A stretch of DNA of 62,681 nucleotides, counting the filler, from Craspedostauros australis (lineage: Eukaryota): assembly GCA_030167865.1 (NCBI GenBank). It is 6 parts of 6 records of this genome, joined end to end, with 100 filler letters (N's around TTAATTAATTAA, not from the genome) between each part and the next. Parts side by side here need not be neighbours in the genome. Positions count along the whole stretch, not along the records: positions 7,361 to 38,894 come from JALAGF010003701.1; positions 38,995 to 42,474 come from JALAGF010003703.1; positions 42,575 to 46,977 come from JALAGF010003704.1; 3 more parts are not named here. One strand, written 5' to 3'. Of the stretch, positions 35,447-47,077 are shown one piece after another (positions within the stretch are counted from its first letter, which is position 1; the number at the start of each line of letters is the position of its first letter). Made by a program: the position numbers and the translations under genes. The notes under the pieces were generated by a model that worked only from the letters and a program-made list of their open reading frames with translations, was not told where the DNA came from and made no database searches.

Positions 35447-37354
35447 ATGACGACATCCGAGGAATCCAGCCAGACTTCGTCAACGACGTTATCACGCATC
35501 GCACCGTTGGCATTCGTCCTCATGAATTCGTTGGCAGCGGGCGGAGTCGAGTACGGCTTCGGACTCTTCGCCAACGACATCAGGTTGCTCCACCATCTCT
35601 CGCAGGATCAGATCAACACCATCAGCTCGGTCACTTTTTGTTCTGGCATCTTCAGCTGGGTGCCAGGACTCGTGCTCGATTACTTCGGCATCCGATTTGC
35701 GTTCCTGGTCGCCGCAACCATGTGCCTCGTTTCGGGCCTTCAATTCTGGTCCATCGCGAGGGCACCGTACGATCCCGATGACGACAAGAACTTCCTCATC
35801 GCCCAGCTTTCCGTGCTCGGCATGATCCTCTTCATGGGTGCCACCATGACGTCAGGATGCGGGTTCAAGACGGTGGCCCTGCTCAGCGATCCAAAGCAGG
35901 AGGGCAGCATCATCGGCATTGCGAAAGGCTACACTGGCATCGGTGCCGGAGCCTACACCTGCATCTTCGAAGCGTTGCGGCGGCACAGGAACAGCGGCGT
36001 CATCCTTGGCGGCGCGACGGCGTTGACGGTGCTGGATGAATCCAACTTGGGCTACCTGCTGGTTGCGGGTGTCGGGACCGCCCTCCTCACATTTCCGGCT
36101 CTGTGGTTCATCCCGTCCCATCGGGTCATGGAGGGACCGATGAAGATCGTTGGGACCTTCACTTCCGCTCACACCAACGTCATGTACGCTGGTCTCGTTC
36201 TGCTGGCTGCAGGCGTCCTCGTGACGAGCTCGCGCTTTGTCGACGACAGCAATGGCGACAATCACGCTGATGTGGATGCCGGTGACATCACAGTGTCACC
36301 CACTCTGAATGATGAATTCCTGAACAACTACGGATACTACGTCGCAGCGGCCATCGTTATTCTGTGGGTCGCACCGGCTTCCATCGTCGCGACGTGCATG
36401 GCAGAGCCGGCAGCGTCTTCTGAACATAATAATAATAATAATGGCGGCAGCATCATGAACGACGTCGAAGACTCGATCGCAAGCGACATGGAGAAGCAGC
36501 GGCAGCCATCGTCAGAACGTACCGCGCTGCTCAAACAGGCGTCTACTGCGATCACCGAGCTGGCAGAAAGCTTCTACGGAGACGAGCACGACGATGGCAA
36601 CATCACCACGATCAGCTCCGACAAGAAGTCAGACCTCAGTCTCTTTCAAGCATTGCAAACGCCGGAACTGTGGCTCATGTTCCACTGCACCGTCATCGTG
36701 GTGGGCAGCGGGACCGTCATTACCAACAACGTCAGCGCCATCGTCGAATCTCGCATGCTGCCCAGCAACATGACATCCGTCGCCACATCCGTCTTCAGCG
36801 TCGCCCAATCCGCATCGCGTGTCATCGCAGGGCTGCTGACGGAAGTGGCGGCGAAGAATCACGCCAAGAACAAGAAGGTCGCCAGCGGTTCTCTTGATTG
36901 GTTCGGATGGCATTCCCGACCGTCCTTCTTGTCGTTGGCAGCATTCATCGGAGCGCTGGCGCATGGCATCCTTGCTATTCCCGGCCTTGGATCCGGCGGC
37001 TTCATCGTCGGCGTTGCCCTGTCCGGCATCGCGTTCGGCACTGTGTGGCCCGTGATGGTGTTGGTCGTTGGTGACGTCTTTGGCAAAGCCAACCTGGGTG
37101 CCATCTACCTTTGGTTCGATGGTTCCACGCTGGCCTTCGGCTCGTTGTTCTTGTCCAAGCTCCTTTCGCAGTACGTCTACGAGCAACACAGGTTGTACCC
37201 CAACCTCGACGCGATGGGCGACGCCGACACCTCGTCGTGTTTCGGTGATGGATGCTTTCAACTGACGCACATCATCATCACATTGCTGTGCTTGGCGGCC
37301 ACCGTGTCACCCATTGAACTTTCGAGACGGACCCACAATCGTTCCATTCGCTGA
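35447..37354 (+). CDS. MFS transporter, nodulin-like/MCH1-like (copy 2)
   Basis: Colinear paralog of 18400-20268 (NDIRLLHHL.QDQINTISS, GIAKGYTGIGAG, QALQTPELWLMFHCTVIVVGSGT, DWFGWHSRPSFLSLAAF). Confidence 0.88.
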   Translation: MTTSEESSQTSSTTLSRIAPLAFVLMNSLAAGGVEYGFGLFANDIRLLHHLSQDQINTISSVTFCSGIFSWVPGLVLDYFGIRFAFLVAATMCLVSGLQFWSIARAPYDPDDDKNFLIAQLSVLGMILFMGATMTSGCGFKTVALLSDPKQEGSIIGIAKGYTGIGAGAYTCIFEALRRHRNSGVILGGATALTVLDESNLGYLLVAGVGTALLTFPALWFIPSHRVMEGPMKIVGTFTSAHTNVMYAGLVLLAAGVLVTSSRFVDDSNGDNHADVDAGDITVSPTLNDEFLNNYGYYVAAAIVILWVAPASIVATCMAEPAASSEHNNNNNGGSIMNDVEDSIASDMEKQRQPSSERTALLKQASTAITELAESFYGDEHDDGNITTISSDKKSDLSLFQALQTPELWLMFHCTVIVVGSGTVITNNVSAIVESRMLPSNMTSVATSVFSVAQSASRVIAGLLTEVAAKNHAKNKKVASGSLDWFGWHSRPSFLSLAAFIGALAHGILAIPGLGSGGFIVGVALSGIAFGTVWPVMVLVVGDVFGKANLGAIYLWFDGSTLAFGSLFLSKLLSQYVYEQHRLYPNLDAMGDADTSSCFGDGCFQLTHIIITLLCLAATVSPIELSRRTHNRSIR

Positions 37355-38408
37355 CTGCCACGGAAAGCAAATCGTCGGCTCCTGCTCGTACTTGCAATGC
37401 AACATTGGAGGAAGAGGAGACTTGGATGTTGGCTAGATTACCATACAACACAATCACATGTGCCCCATCATTATGTAACATATTCCGCTCTCTCTCTCTC
37501 TCCAGACGTATGCGATAGTCTCATGACGACGTATCAAGACTCTGCTATTCCTCGCATCTCCAATGCGTTGACTGTTGTTGCTCCTCGGCTCTACACTCTA
37601 TCTCCCCTTGTATTGCATGATCCATACGACCTCAACGTCAACATTCATGATTTCACAAACAGACGGATGGTGTAAGTATGCACGTTGAAAACTACAACAT
37701 CTGTGTCAAACAGACAACCGTATTATTGGCCTATCAGACATGTCGCAGAGCGACATAACACGGATCCAGAATCAGCCTGGCAATAAATCATCAACTGTGA
37801 CTCGGCTCTACTCCCACCTCACAATTCGTTGCTCTCGCGGCGCCACTAACAGTGACCAACGCTGATCCAAAGGCGAAGAAAATGCATGCAGGAAGAGATG
37901 ACTTTCTGCTCCTCACGTTTCATAAACTCCGACGTTGCTGCACGCCATAAATCTCCCAATAAATCTCAAGGCCATGAAACGATGACGCAGCATGGCAAAG
38001 CGGTGCAAGTCGAATGCAACAACACCAATGAAAGCAACAGGTGCCAAGGGATCAATCAAAGACCACGACCACGCAATGCAGTTCAAATCGAACGAGCAAC
38101 GCCTCTCATCGTTGTCGAGACAATCTTCTCTCTTGGACAAATGCACGAACAAACAACGGGATTGATGAAACATGCACAACAACAATGACAACATCAACAT
38201 CGACATCGACATCGACAAAACCACAACACCAACGACCACAGTCAACGCACCTTGGGCATTTCCTCATTTGGGAAGCTCATAAAAACAGAGAGCAAGCAAA
38301 CAAACAATCACATCGACACACAACCGCACACGAAACACACAAACACTCCAACACACACGCAACTCAAAGCCACCAGCAGCAGCAACAACAACAACAATAA
38401 TAGGAAAC

Positions 38409-38894
38409 ATGGCCTTCATCAAACCAATCCAAGTTGCCGCCACCGTCATCCGCAAGGTGCAGAACTCACAGGGCAACATGGTCGCAACCACCGGCACTGC
38501 CAAGACCTCCTCGGCAGTCACCGTGACGAAGGCTATCCCCGATGTCATCCAGAAGATCACGGAGATGAAGATCCCCACCGTCGCCATGGGAGTGCTGCTG
38601 CTGGGTGTCGCGGCGTTCGGCGTTCACATGGTGGTCGGCGATATCAAGACGGTTATCATATCGGTCCAGACGGCCATCACCAAGATAATAGAGAAGGCGA
38701 CGAACGGAGGGACTGAGGCTGTCGTCAAGGTCGAGGAGAAATTCTGGGATCTGATGTACGCGAAGAGCAAGGAGCTGCTGGATTACGTGGCGAAGTCGGT
38801 CTTCGGAATGAAGATGACGGATCTGGCGCAGTACATGGGCGGTCGATTCGATTCCGTCACGAAATGGTTCGTCTACATGAACAAGTTCGTCGAG
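38409..38894 (+). CDS. Hypothetical protein, 3'-truncated by contig end
   Basis: Open frame with GC3-rich codon usage and one hydrophobic segment. No recognisable family. Confidence 0.55.
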
Positions 38895-38994
38895 NNNNNN
38901 NNNNNNNNNNNNNNNNNNNNNNNNNNNNNNNNNNNNNNTTAATTAATTAANNNNNNNNNNNNNNNNNNNNNNNNNNNNNNNNNNNNNNNNNNNN
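38895..38994. other. Artificial contig linker
   Basis: N44-TTAATTAATTAA-N44. Confidence 0.98.
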
Positions 38995-39736
38995 CTGCTG
39001 CTGCTACTACTATCGCTGTCCTCTTTGGCGACATCCCGGATGGCGTACCGGATGCGGATGCCAGAGTACACAAGCACCAAATTGCGTTGATTGTCTGATG
39101 GCGACCACGCATCGCCGTTGATGTACTGCTTGACAACGCTGTTGACACCATCACAGCCCACCACCATATCGTACCAGTACGGCCCTTCTCTCGTTCCATC
39201 TTCGAATGCGAGATGGATGAACTCTCGCGCCTCCGTCTTTTGACATTCCACATTCACCACTTGCTTGCCAGATGCACGGGCGTCGTCTTCAACTCTTCCA
39301 GAAGCACCTCCTGCAACTCTCCTCGCATGATGAAGTATGGTACGCCATGACCTCGCCGTCCTCCCGGATCAGCGCCTTTGTCGTGGCGTCACTCCACATC
39401 CATGATCATCTGTCTGAGATTGAAGTGCAGCAGCTGAAGCTCTTCGTTGGACGAGATCCAGTTGGTGGTCTTGGATCGCACGGTCGTCAACGGCAGCGCG
39501 GCATCGGCCACCGCACGCTGCAGGGACGGAGAGATTTGCTTCAGCACCGCCATGCCGCCGTTGAGCTCCGCGCCCGCACCTGCAACGACGTCAAATTCTG
39601 GTCTTGCATCGAAGCACGTCACATCGAAGCATGTCACATCAATGTTGTGTGCATCGTTACCGTTGTTGTTCTCGAAGGCATGCGCCAAGGAGAGGCCAGC
39701 GATGCCACCGCCGATCACGGTATTCTTCCGTTTTGG
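38995..39736 (-). pseudogene. FAD-dependent monooxygenase pseudogene, copy 2 (5' part)
   Basis: IGGGIAGLSLAHAF..GAGAELNGG then stop and frameshifts, later VVGCDGVNS. 38995-39586 is the reverse complement of 46386-46977. Confidence 0.82.
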
Positions 39737-40007
39737 TTAGTGATTCTCATTTCCATTGCTGTTGCTGCTGCGTTGGAGTGAGGATGACAGGGATGGTGAT
39801 GGCAGTGAGTTCGTCGCCACCACCATGCGCGCAATGTAGATGACACCAATCATGCTCTTTTTTATGCATCAACGATGCCATTGCTGTCATTGCTGTGATC
39901 CTTTTGGTTGTGGCTGTCTCTGTGGTTGGGCGATCAATGAGCGAGGAACCAAGTCAAAAAGCCGGCATTGTTCCAAGTGCCTGTCTCACTCTCGAGAGGG
40001 ACTCGGG

Positions 40008-41093
40008 CTATCCAACAGGTATCAACATCCACGGATCCATCCAATGTTGCCAAATCGATTGACATTTCTGTGGCTGTGTGCTGCGTCCCTTGCGCCAATG
40101 ATGGGCGAGGACATCGACGGAGGACAACTGATTGCCTCAATGTGTCCTAGACTTGGTCATGATCAGTGTTTCCACCAAGAAATGGCTCACAGAACTTGCA
40201 TTGAAATGGATCGGAAAGGTGTTGTCGAGCTCTGGAACTTGGTTGTCGGTGAACAAGACGACTGCGGGATTTGAGGCGTTTTCAATCATGGTGTAGTTCA
40301 TGTTGCAGGCATCGACCCTCTCCGAGGCAGTGCAAGTCGGTGACGACAAGCACTTATTTTTGAACATGGGGGTTTTGCATGTGGCCCAGGACACGCATCC
40401 GCCATCAAGATCCCTTCGATGGACGGAGACAAAATCGCGACCGTACTCCCATGAATCGACGTATCTCTGTGCTTCTGCTTGGAATTCCTTCTTTGGAAGA
40501 AATACCGACAGATACGGTGCAAAGTCTACCTGCAAAAAGAATGCACGTCTTCCTCTCACCCTGTTGTGGCAATTCTCGTATGTGTCATTGTAGATGAACT
40601 CCCTGCGCTTGTCAAATCCTTCAAGGTACCAAGCGGTCTATTCCTCATCCAATGCGATGCGTCGACCCTTGCTTTCTCGGCCACTCCAAGCCAGAAGTTT
40701 TGCCAGAGAGTGAGAGAGCACGCGATTGCTGGTTTTGCCAGAGAAATCCACAAGGCAGTACGGTTGCAGTGGCATTGAAGCAGCTGGGCTTGAGATGATG
40801 GAATCAGACGCTGCCCGAGACACTTGGTGAATCTGATCGGCCTCTGCGTTTTGCGCCTGGCGGTCCATGCCGGCTGGATTCAGAAACGCGTTATCCTGTC
40901 GAGCCACATCTTGAGGTTGTTCGCTGGACAGTTGATGCAACTTCACTTGGGCGATCAATGAGAAGCATAGTAGACAACCAAATCCCAACAAGAAACGCAT
41001 GCGCTGAGTTCTGCACCAAATGGTATGGTGCCGTTGCCTGGGGTGCGCTTGTAGCGTCATCCGGCGGCGATGATGATGGTCGACTTCCATGCG
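40008..41093 (-). pseudogene. Type II membrane glycosyltransferase-like gene with two in-frame stops
   Basis: TM anchor, FSGKTSNRV, VSVHRRDL, VVLFTDNQ and H*GNQLSSVD all lie in one frame, interrupted by TAG (40638-40640) and TGA (40137-40139). Both ends are approximate. Confidence 0.6.
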
Positions 41094-41667
41094 CATTGTG
41101 CGGTTTCTTTGATGCCTTTCGTGATGTGTCGCTGTGGTTTGCGTGATGAATGAGAGCGTCGTGTTCCTTCGTGCATTTTGGGGGGTTCCGATCATTTTTG
41201 TACCACACAAGTTTCATTTTTTCAACGAGACTCTGGCGACGTACAGACGAACGGACGATTTGAACAGAGTGCTCGTAGACTGTGATGCACAGAATAGAGT
41301 GTTTAGAGTTGTTGCGAAGCACGTATGTGGAGTCGAGAAGAGGAGAGTATTCTACTCTCATATAATACATATAATACAAGCTCGTGCTTTCGATGTCACC
41401 TGTTCGATTCTGAATTGGTGAAGGGCCGTGGTGCTAAACACAGGCCACCTCAAAAGCTCACCTGTCAAAGCTTGCATCTCCTACTATATTGAGTGCCCTA
41501 AAACTTGGATTGGAGAAGTTGTTTGTTGTTTTACATATCACAGTATTAGCACATTGGTAGCAATAGAGCAGTCTCCCTTCGGTAAGACCACTACCCCTTG
41601 GTTCGAAGTTGGATCATACGTACTCGTACTGGCATCAGTACGGATACGGCACCTACATACTTGCACT

Positions 41668-42474
41668 TCATGGATTGATCCTCTTGACACGCAGCTTGGT
41701 TCCGATGTACTTGAATGTCATGAAGTACGAAAGCTCGCCTTCCTCCACAACCTCGAACTCGTACTTTGACAGCACCTTCGGCATCACGGAGTACATCTCC
41801 GCCTTGGCCAAAGTCTGGCCGACGCAGTTGCGGTTGCCATGAGCGAACGTCATCATGCTCTTCAGCATGTCGTTCGTCGCGGTCTCCCAGCGCTTCGGGC
41901 TGAACTCGTCAGGGTTTTCGAACACGTGCTCACTGCGATGCGGCAGCATGTGCGGGAGGAACACGTTGGAGCCGCTTGGAAGCTCCACCTTCGTGTTGCT
42001 GGTCTCATCGAGGAGGACGAAGTCGCGGTTGAGCTTCCGGCCCGATCCCAACGCGATGACGGGGGCAATTCGGTTGGACTCCGTGATGACGTGTCTCATG
42101 CTCTCCTTGGCCGCCTCAGCATCATCGCCGAGCAACGATTTCTGCAGGTGCGTCATCGTCTCGGGATGCTTGGCCAACAACGTCACCGTGCTGGCCATGG
42201 TGTAACCCGTGGTATCGAAACCGCCAATGAGGAAGAGGACGACGTCGGAGATCTTCTCGAGCTCAGTGCGGTAGTGCGGATTGCTGTCGATGAGCTTGAT
42301 GGCGGTATTGTTGGTGGACTTGTTGGGGTTGTTCTGGTAGGCTCGCAGGATCTTCCTGCCAAATTCGGTGACGGCGTCTCCACATCGGCGGGCCTCGCGC
42401 ACGGAGGGGATGAATGCTCCAAAGATCTTGCGCAGTGGGCTGAGGGACTGAGTGTAGGCGTACTCGCGGTACGC
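41668..42474 (-). CDS. Cytochrome P450, C-terminal part (5' lost at contig end)
   Basis: I-helix GGFDTT, ExxR (ESNR), PDEFSPKRW (PERF-like) and heme motif FAHGNRNCVG. Confidence 0.93.
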   Translation of the reverse strand, partial: AYREYAYTQSLSPLRKIFGAFIPSVREARRCGDAVTEFGRKILRAYQNNPNKSTNNTAIKLIDSNPHYRTELEKISDVVLFLIGGFDTTGYTMASTVTLLAKHPETMTHLQKSLLGDDAEAAKESMRHVITESNRIAPVIALGSGRKLNRDFVLLDETSNTKVELPSGSNVFLPHMLPHRSEHVFENPDEFSPKRWETATNDMLKSMMTFAHGNRNCVGQTLAKAEMYSVMPKVLSKYEFEVVEEGELSYFMTFKYIGTKLRVKRINP

Positions 42475-42574
42475 NNNNNNNNNNNNNNNNNNNNNNNNNN
42501 NNNNNNNNNNNNNNNNNNTTAATTAATTAANNNNNNNNNNNNNNNNNNNNNNNNNNNNNNNNNNNNNNNNNNNN
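42475..42574. other. Artificial contig linker
   Basis: N44-TTAATTAATTAA-N44. Confidence 0.98.
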
Positions 42575-43166
42575 GTTGCAGGTGCGGGCGCGGAGCTCAA
42601 CGGCGGCATGGCGGTGCTGAAGCAAATCTCTCCGTCCCTGCAGCGTGCGGTGGCCGATGCCGCGCTGCCGTTGACGACCGTGCGATCCAAGACCACCAAC
42701 TGGATCTCGTCCAACGAAGAGCTTCAGCTGCTGCACTTCAATCTCAGACAGATGATCATGGATGTGGAGTGACGCCACGACAAAGGCGCTGATCCGGGAG
42801 GACGGCGAGGTCATGGCGTACCATACTTCATCATGCGAGGAGAGTTGCAGGAGGTGCTTCTGGAAGAGTTGAAGACGACGCCCGTGCATCTGGCAAGCAA
42901 GTGGTGAATGTGGAATGTCAAAAGACGGAGGCGCGAGAGTTCATCCATCTCGCATTCGAAGATGGAACGAGAGAAGGGCCGTACTGGTACGATATGGTGG
43001 TGGGCTGTGATGGTGTCAACAGCGTTGTCAAGCAGTACATCAACGGCGATGCGTGGTCGCCATCAGACAATCAACGCAATTTGGTGCTTGTGTACTCTGG
43101 CATCCGCATCCGGTACGCCATCCGGGATGTCGCCAAAGAGGACAGCGATAGTAGTAGCAGCAGCAG
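42575..43166 (+). repeat. 592-bp repeat, direct copy at 46386-46977 and inverted copy at 38995-39586
   Basis: Starts gttgcaggtgcgggc and ends gatagtagtagcagcagcag in all copies. The ORF-track translations are identical. Three contig ends break at its boundaries. Confidence 0.92.
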
Positions 43167-43245
43167 CAGCGACGACGGAATGAACAAAACTGCACAAGAT
43201 TCCGTCTTGCAGCAACACTTTGGCAACGGCGCCTTCTGCCTCACC

Positions 43246-43296
43246 GGCAACTATGACAACGGCAACTATGACAACGGCAACTATGACAACGGCAAC
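43246..43296 (+). repeat. 15-bp tandem repeat (GGCAACTATGACAAC x3 plus partial)
   Basis: Read directly. Encodes GNYDN x3 and is absent in copy 1 (~4296-4310). Confidence 0.9.
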
Positions 43297-43711
43297 TCCA
43301 GCAGCGGCATCAAGCGCGACACCAGAAGCTGCTTCATCATCTTCCGCAACGCCTTGCCCTTCTCCAAGCTCACCGCCAGAAAGGATGATGAGAACATCAC
43401 TTGGAAGGTATCATCCGAGGCCGAGCGCATCCAGCAGCAGATGCGACAGCAGATCGATGATGCCACCAACCACAACACGCAATCACAATCGCCCAGCCAT
43501 CTCCCTTGTTCCATCCTACTCATAGTAGTACAACAACACACTCACATGCACCAGAGTATCAATACTATCTTCATATGACGTTCTAATTACTCGACGAACA
43601 GAGTATTCCAAAGCTATGTCGGATCGCATCAACCATCGATGTGTCTTTCTTTTCCACATAACAAGCAGAAGCACCATCAACTCGGACGAGCCGATCCGCT
43701 CTCTTGTCATC

Positions 43712-45031
43712 TCATGTCCGCTTCAACATCTCACTGCCCTGCAACAGAAGATGGAAAGTCTCGTTCGTGGGATCCATGGGACCCATTGCATGCATTGTAC
43801 CACGACGTTTGCTTGTTCTCATCACCATCTGCCCAAACAGGGCCTGTGGCCGCGACCATGTTGGAAGGGAACACAGAACTGCTCTCACCTTGTTGCGATG
43901 ATTTCGCCGCAACGTACGTTCAACAAGCGCATCGCACCAATGGACATGTTGGTCAGGCGTGCATGAAGAAACGTGGAGATTGGTGAGTTGGGTATTCTGC
44001 TCCAAGGCTTTCTCAAGTGCTTCCATTTGTGCCGAGAGGGTCTCGGGCGGAACTTCAAACTCGTTGGGATTCGGGTCGTCCAAGCATGTGAGAGATGACA
44101 AGCTCTTGTTTCCCAGGAGGGATATCAAAGTGTCGAACCTCATCATCTGCCCTGGTCGCGATATTCTGCCCCAGATGCGGACAACCTTGAGCTTCTTCAG
44201 GTGTGATGCGTCTGAAAGGAGTTTGATGATCTGGTCGATTTCTTGTTGTGAGTAGATTTCCCGGGCGCCGAAGCTCGCAAGGGATGTGATGTTGAGCTTG
44301 TTGATGCGCTTGTTTGACTGGAATAGCTTTGCCAAGTTATCACAAGTGATAAAGGTGCATGCGAAGGATACTTCGGTGATGCTGCAATTGTTTGGAGACA
44401 GCCATCTGCACAAATCAGCACCCCCATTGGCGAGCTCACATTTGTCTAACACAACCCATTTCGAGTTTTGTGAGATGTTGAACATGAGCTTGTCGCAATC
44501 AACAAGATCACATGACCACAAATACACACGATGTGTCACAAGAGGGATATCGTGGAGCTGCTTCATCTTCATGAAGTCATGAGTCAAGCTGATGCCTTCG
44601 TCGGATGAAGATTTGAGTGGGTGTTTGGCAGCCAATCGAAGTATGAAGCGAATCACTTGCTTGACTTCTTCTCCGATTTGGCCATGGCGACCGAATTCCA
44701 GATACAGGGATCGAATGCACATCCGCCCGTAGCCCCAGCGAAACGAATCGTTCAGTAGAACATGAGGTGATACAGCAACGTGCTTGTGCTGCTTCACCAT
44801 CGATTTCAAGTCAGCAAAGGTGAATCCTGCTTCGATGGCCATGTCCCAGTATTCCATCCGCTTGGGTGTGGCACTGTAGCAGCCGAAATACTGTCTTGGA
44901 TAACTCTGCACATTGAACACGGTCTTCGGTGACGGCTCTTTTCCATAGAGTTTTTTCCAGAAAATCTTGAAGTCTGGATCATGATCGCTGTTGGTATTGA
45001 TGTTGGCGACAGCATCCATGTTGTGGTTCAT
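43712..45031 (-). CDS. LRR/RNI-like protein, family copy C
   Basis: 439-aa intronless ORF colinear with copy B. It ends at a TGA where copy B has TGG, shortening the C-terminus by about 26 aa. Confidence 0.8.
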   Translation of the reverse strand: MNHNMDAVANINTNSDHDPDFKIFWKKLYGKEPSPKTVFNVQSYPRQYFGCYSATPKRMEYWDMAIEAGFTFADLKSMVKQHKHVAVSPHVLLNDSFRWGYGRMCIRSLYLEFGRHGQIGEEVKQVIRFILRLAAKHPLKSSSDEGISLTHDFMKMKQLHDIPLVTHRVYLWSCDLVDCDKLMFNISQNSKWVVLDKCELANGGADLCRWLSPNNCSITEVSFACTFITCDNLAKLFQSNKRINKLNITSLASFGAREIYSQQEIDQIIKLLSDASHLKKLKVVRIWGRISRPGQMMRFDTLISLLGNKSLSSLTCLDDPNPNEFEVPPETLSAQMEALEKALEQNTQLTNLHVSSCTPDQHVHWCDALVERTLRRNHRNKVRAVLCSLPTWSRPQALFGQMVMRTSKRRGTMHAMGPMDPTNETFHLLLQGSEMLKRT

Positions 45032-46220
45032 CCTTTTGTTGTTGTCGCTGTTGTTGCTGATTGTTACTGATGATGATTGTTGCTGATAGTTGCTGCTTCT
45101 GCTGATTGTTGCTGTTGGTGGTACAATCGTATGAGTAGAGCAGGTAGAGCTGATAGAGCAGGCAGAGTATGTGGTCCCAAATCAGTTGCGCTTGGATGGC
45201 GATTGTGAGCTCATCTGCTCGAGCTTGATGTCCTCCATTTCATGATCATGCGTGTTGACCATGAAGCAGTTGCATGGACTTGTGCAATTCCACCACAGTG
45301 TATGGTGTGGTATGGTATTGTATGCTATGCGATGGTGTAGTACGACCGTGGACAGCCACATCATGATCCGAAGCTGGCAAGCTCGCTCGCTCGCACGATA
45401 CGACTTTCGATGATGCCCAACTTGGTCATGCTGCGGAGTTGTGCCTCTTCATGTGATATCATAGTTGTGTAATATGAGGAGGCATATCCCTCTGTGATGG
45501 TCTTGGGGGAGTCAACCATTATGCCATACGCATGCATACTATGTACTTCGGCAGTTGGATGTCATCGAACGACTGCGGTGAGCGGATCCACGATGTGACG
45601 AGTCCTCTGCGGCGCGAGGAGCCCACCACGATGACTTCTTCCGTGGACATCAGAGGCGTTTCTCGTGTTTTGTCGAGAGGATGACGACGACGAAGATGGT
45701 GTCACTGCTCGTGTTTCAATCGACAACAAACGTATCCAGGACTCATCTCGCCTCACCTAATCATTGCGAACTCTGTGGCGATGATGATGGCCATGGGTGG
45801 TGCTGCAGACATCGCCGTAGAATACTGATACAGATCGTCACAACCGCAACGCTCACATGATGATCACCGCTGCCATCAAGTATCTATTCACAGAGCATGC
45901 CAATGCTCCGTCTCTCCCTCTCTCTCTATTTCTAGAGAGACTTCGAACACTGTCGGCTGGTTGACTTGGTTCCTCGCTCATTGATCGCGCAACCACAGAG
46001 ACAGCCACAACCAGAAGAATCACAACATTGGCACCAATGGCAGCAATGACACCAACGACGTGGTTGATGCATCAAAAGAGGATGATTGGTGACATCTGCA
46101 TCGCGTGCATGGTGGTGGCAACGAACTCACTGTCATCACCATCCTTGTCATCACTCCAACGCAGAAGCGAAGCAGAAGCAGCCACAGCAATGAGAGTGGG
46201 AGAGGAGTGGGAACCACCAA

Positions 46221-46977
46221 CCAAAACGGAAGAATACTGTGATCGGCGGTGGCATCGCTGGCCTCTCCTTGGCACATGCCTTCGAGAACAACAACGGCAA
46301 CGATGCACACAACATTGATGTGACATGCTTCGACGTGACATGCTTCGACGTGACATGCTTCGATGCAAGACCAGAATTGGACGTTGTTGCAGGTGCGGGC
46401 GCGGAGCTCAACGGCGGCATGGCGGTGCTGAAGCAAATCTCTCCGTCCCTGCAGCGTGCGGTGGCCGATGCCGCGCTGCCGTTGACGACCGTGCGATCCA
46501 AGACCACCAACTGGATCTCGTCCAACGAAGAGCTTCAGCTGCTGCACTTCAATCTCAGACAGATGATCATGGATGTGGAGTGACGCCACGACAAAGGCGC
46601 TGATCCGGGAGGACGGCGAGGTCATGGCGTACCATACTTCATCATGCGAGGAGAGTTGCAGGAGGTGCTTCTGGAAGAGTTGAAGACGACGCCCGTGCAT
46701 CTGGCAAGCAAGTGGTGAATGTGGAATGTCAAAAGACGGAGGCGCGAGAGTTCATCCATCTCGCATTCGAAGATGGAACGAGAGAAGGGCCGTACTGGTA
46801 CGATATGGTGGTGGGCTGTGATGGTGTCAACAGCGTTGTCAAGCAGTACATCAACGGCGATGCGTGGTCGCCATCAGACAATCAACGCAATTTGGTGCTT
46901 GTGTACTCTGGCATCCGCATCCGGTACGCCATCCGGGATGTCGCCAAAGAGGACAGCGATAGTAGTAGCAGCAGCAG
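46221..46977 (+). pseudogene. FAD-dependent monooxygenase pseudogene, copy 4 (5' part)
   Basis: VIGGGIAGLSLAHAF, stop at 46581-46583 and frameshifts before IMRGELQEVLL and VVNVEC. Carries a 15-bp DVTCF repeat x3 (x2 in copy 2). Confidence 0.82.
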
Positions 46978-47077
46978 NNNNNNNNNNNNNNNNNNNNNNN
47001 NNNNNNNNNNNNNNNNNNNNNTTAATTAATTAANNNNNNNNNNNNNNNNNNNNNNNNNNNNNNNNNNNNNNNNNNNN
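46978..47077. other. Artificial contig linker
   Basis: N44-TTAATTAATTAA-N44. Confidence 0.98.

Larger units (their letters stand above)
42575..43463 (+). pseudogene. FAD-dependent monooxygenase pseudogene, copy 3
   Basis: Same frameshifted sequence (VVGCDGVNSVVKQY, VYSGIRI, QHFGNGAF). It ends abruptly against the 3' flank of LRR copy C. Confidence 0.82.
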
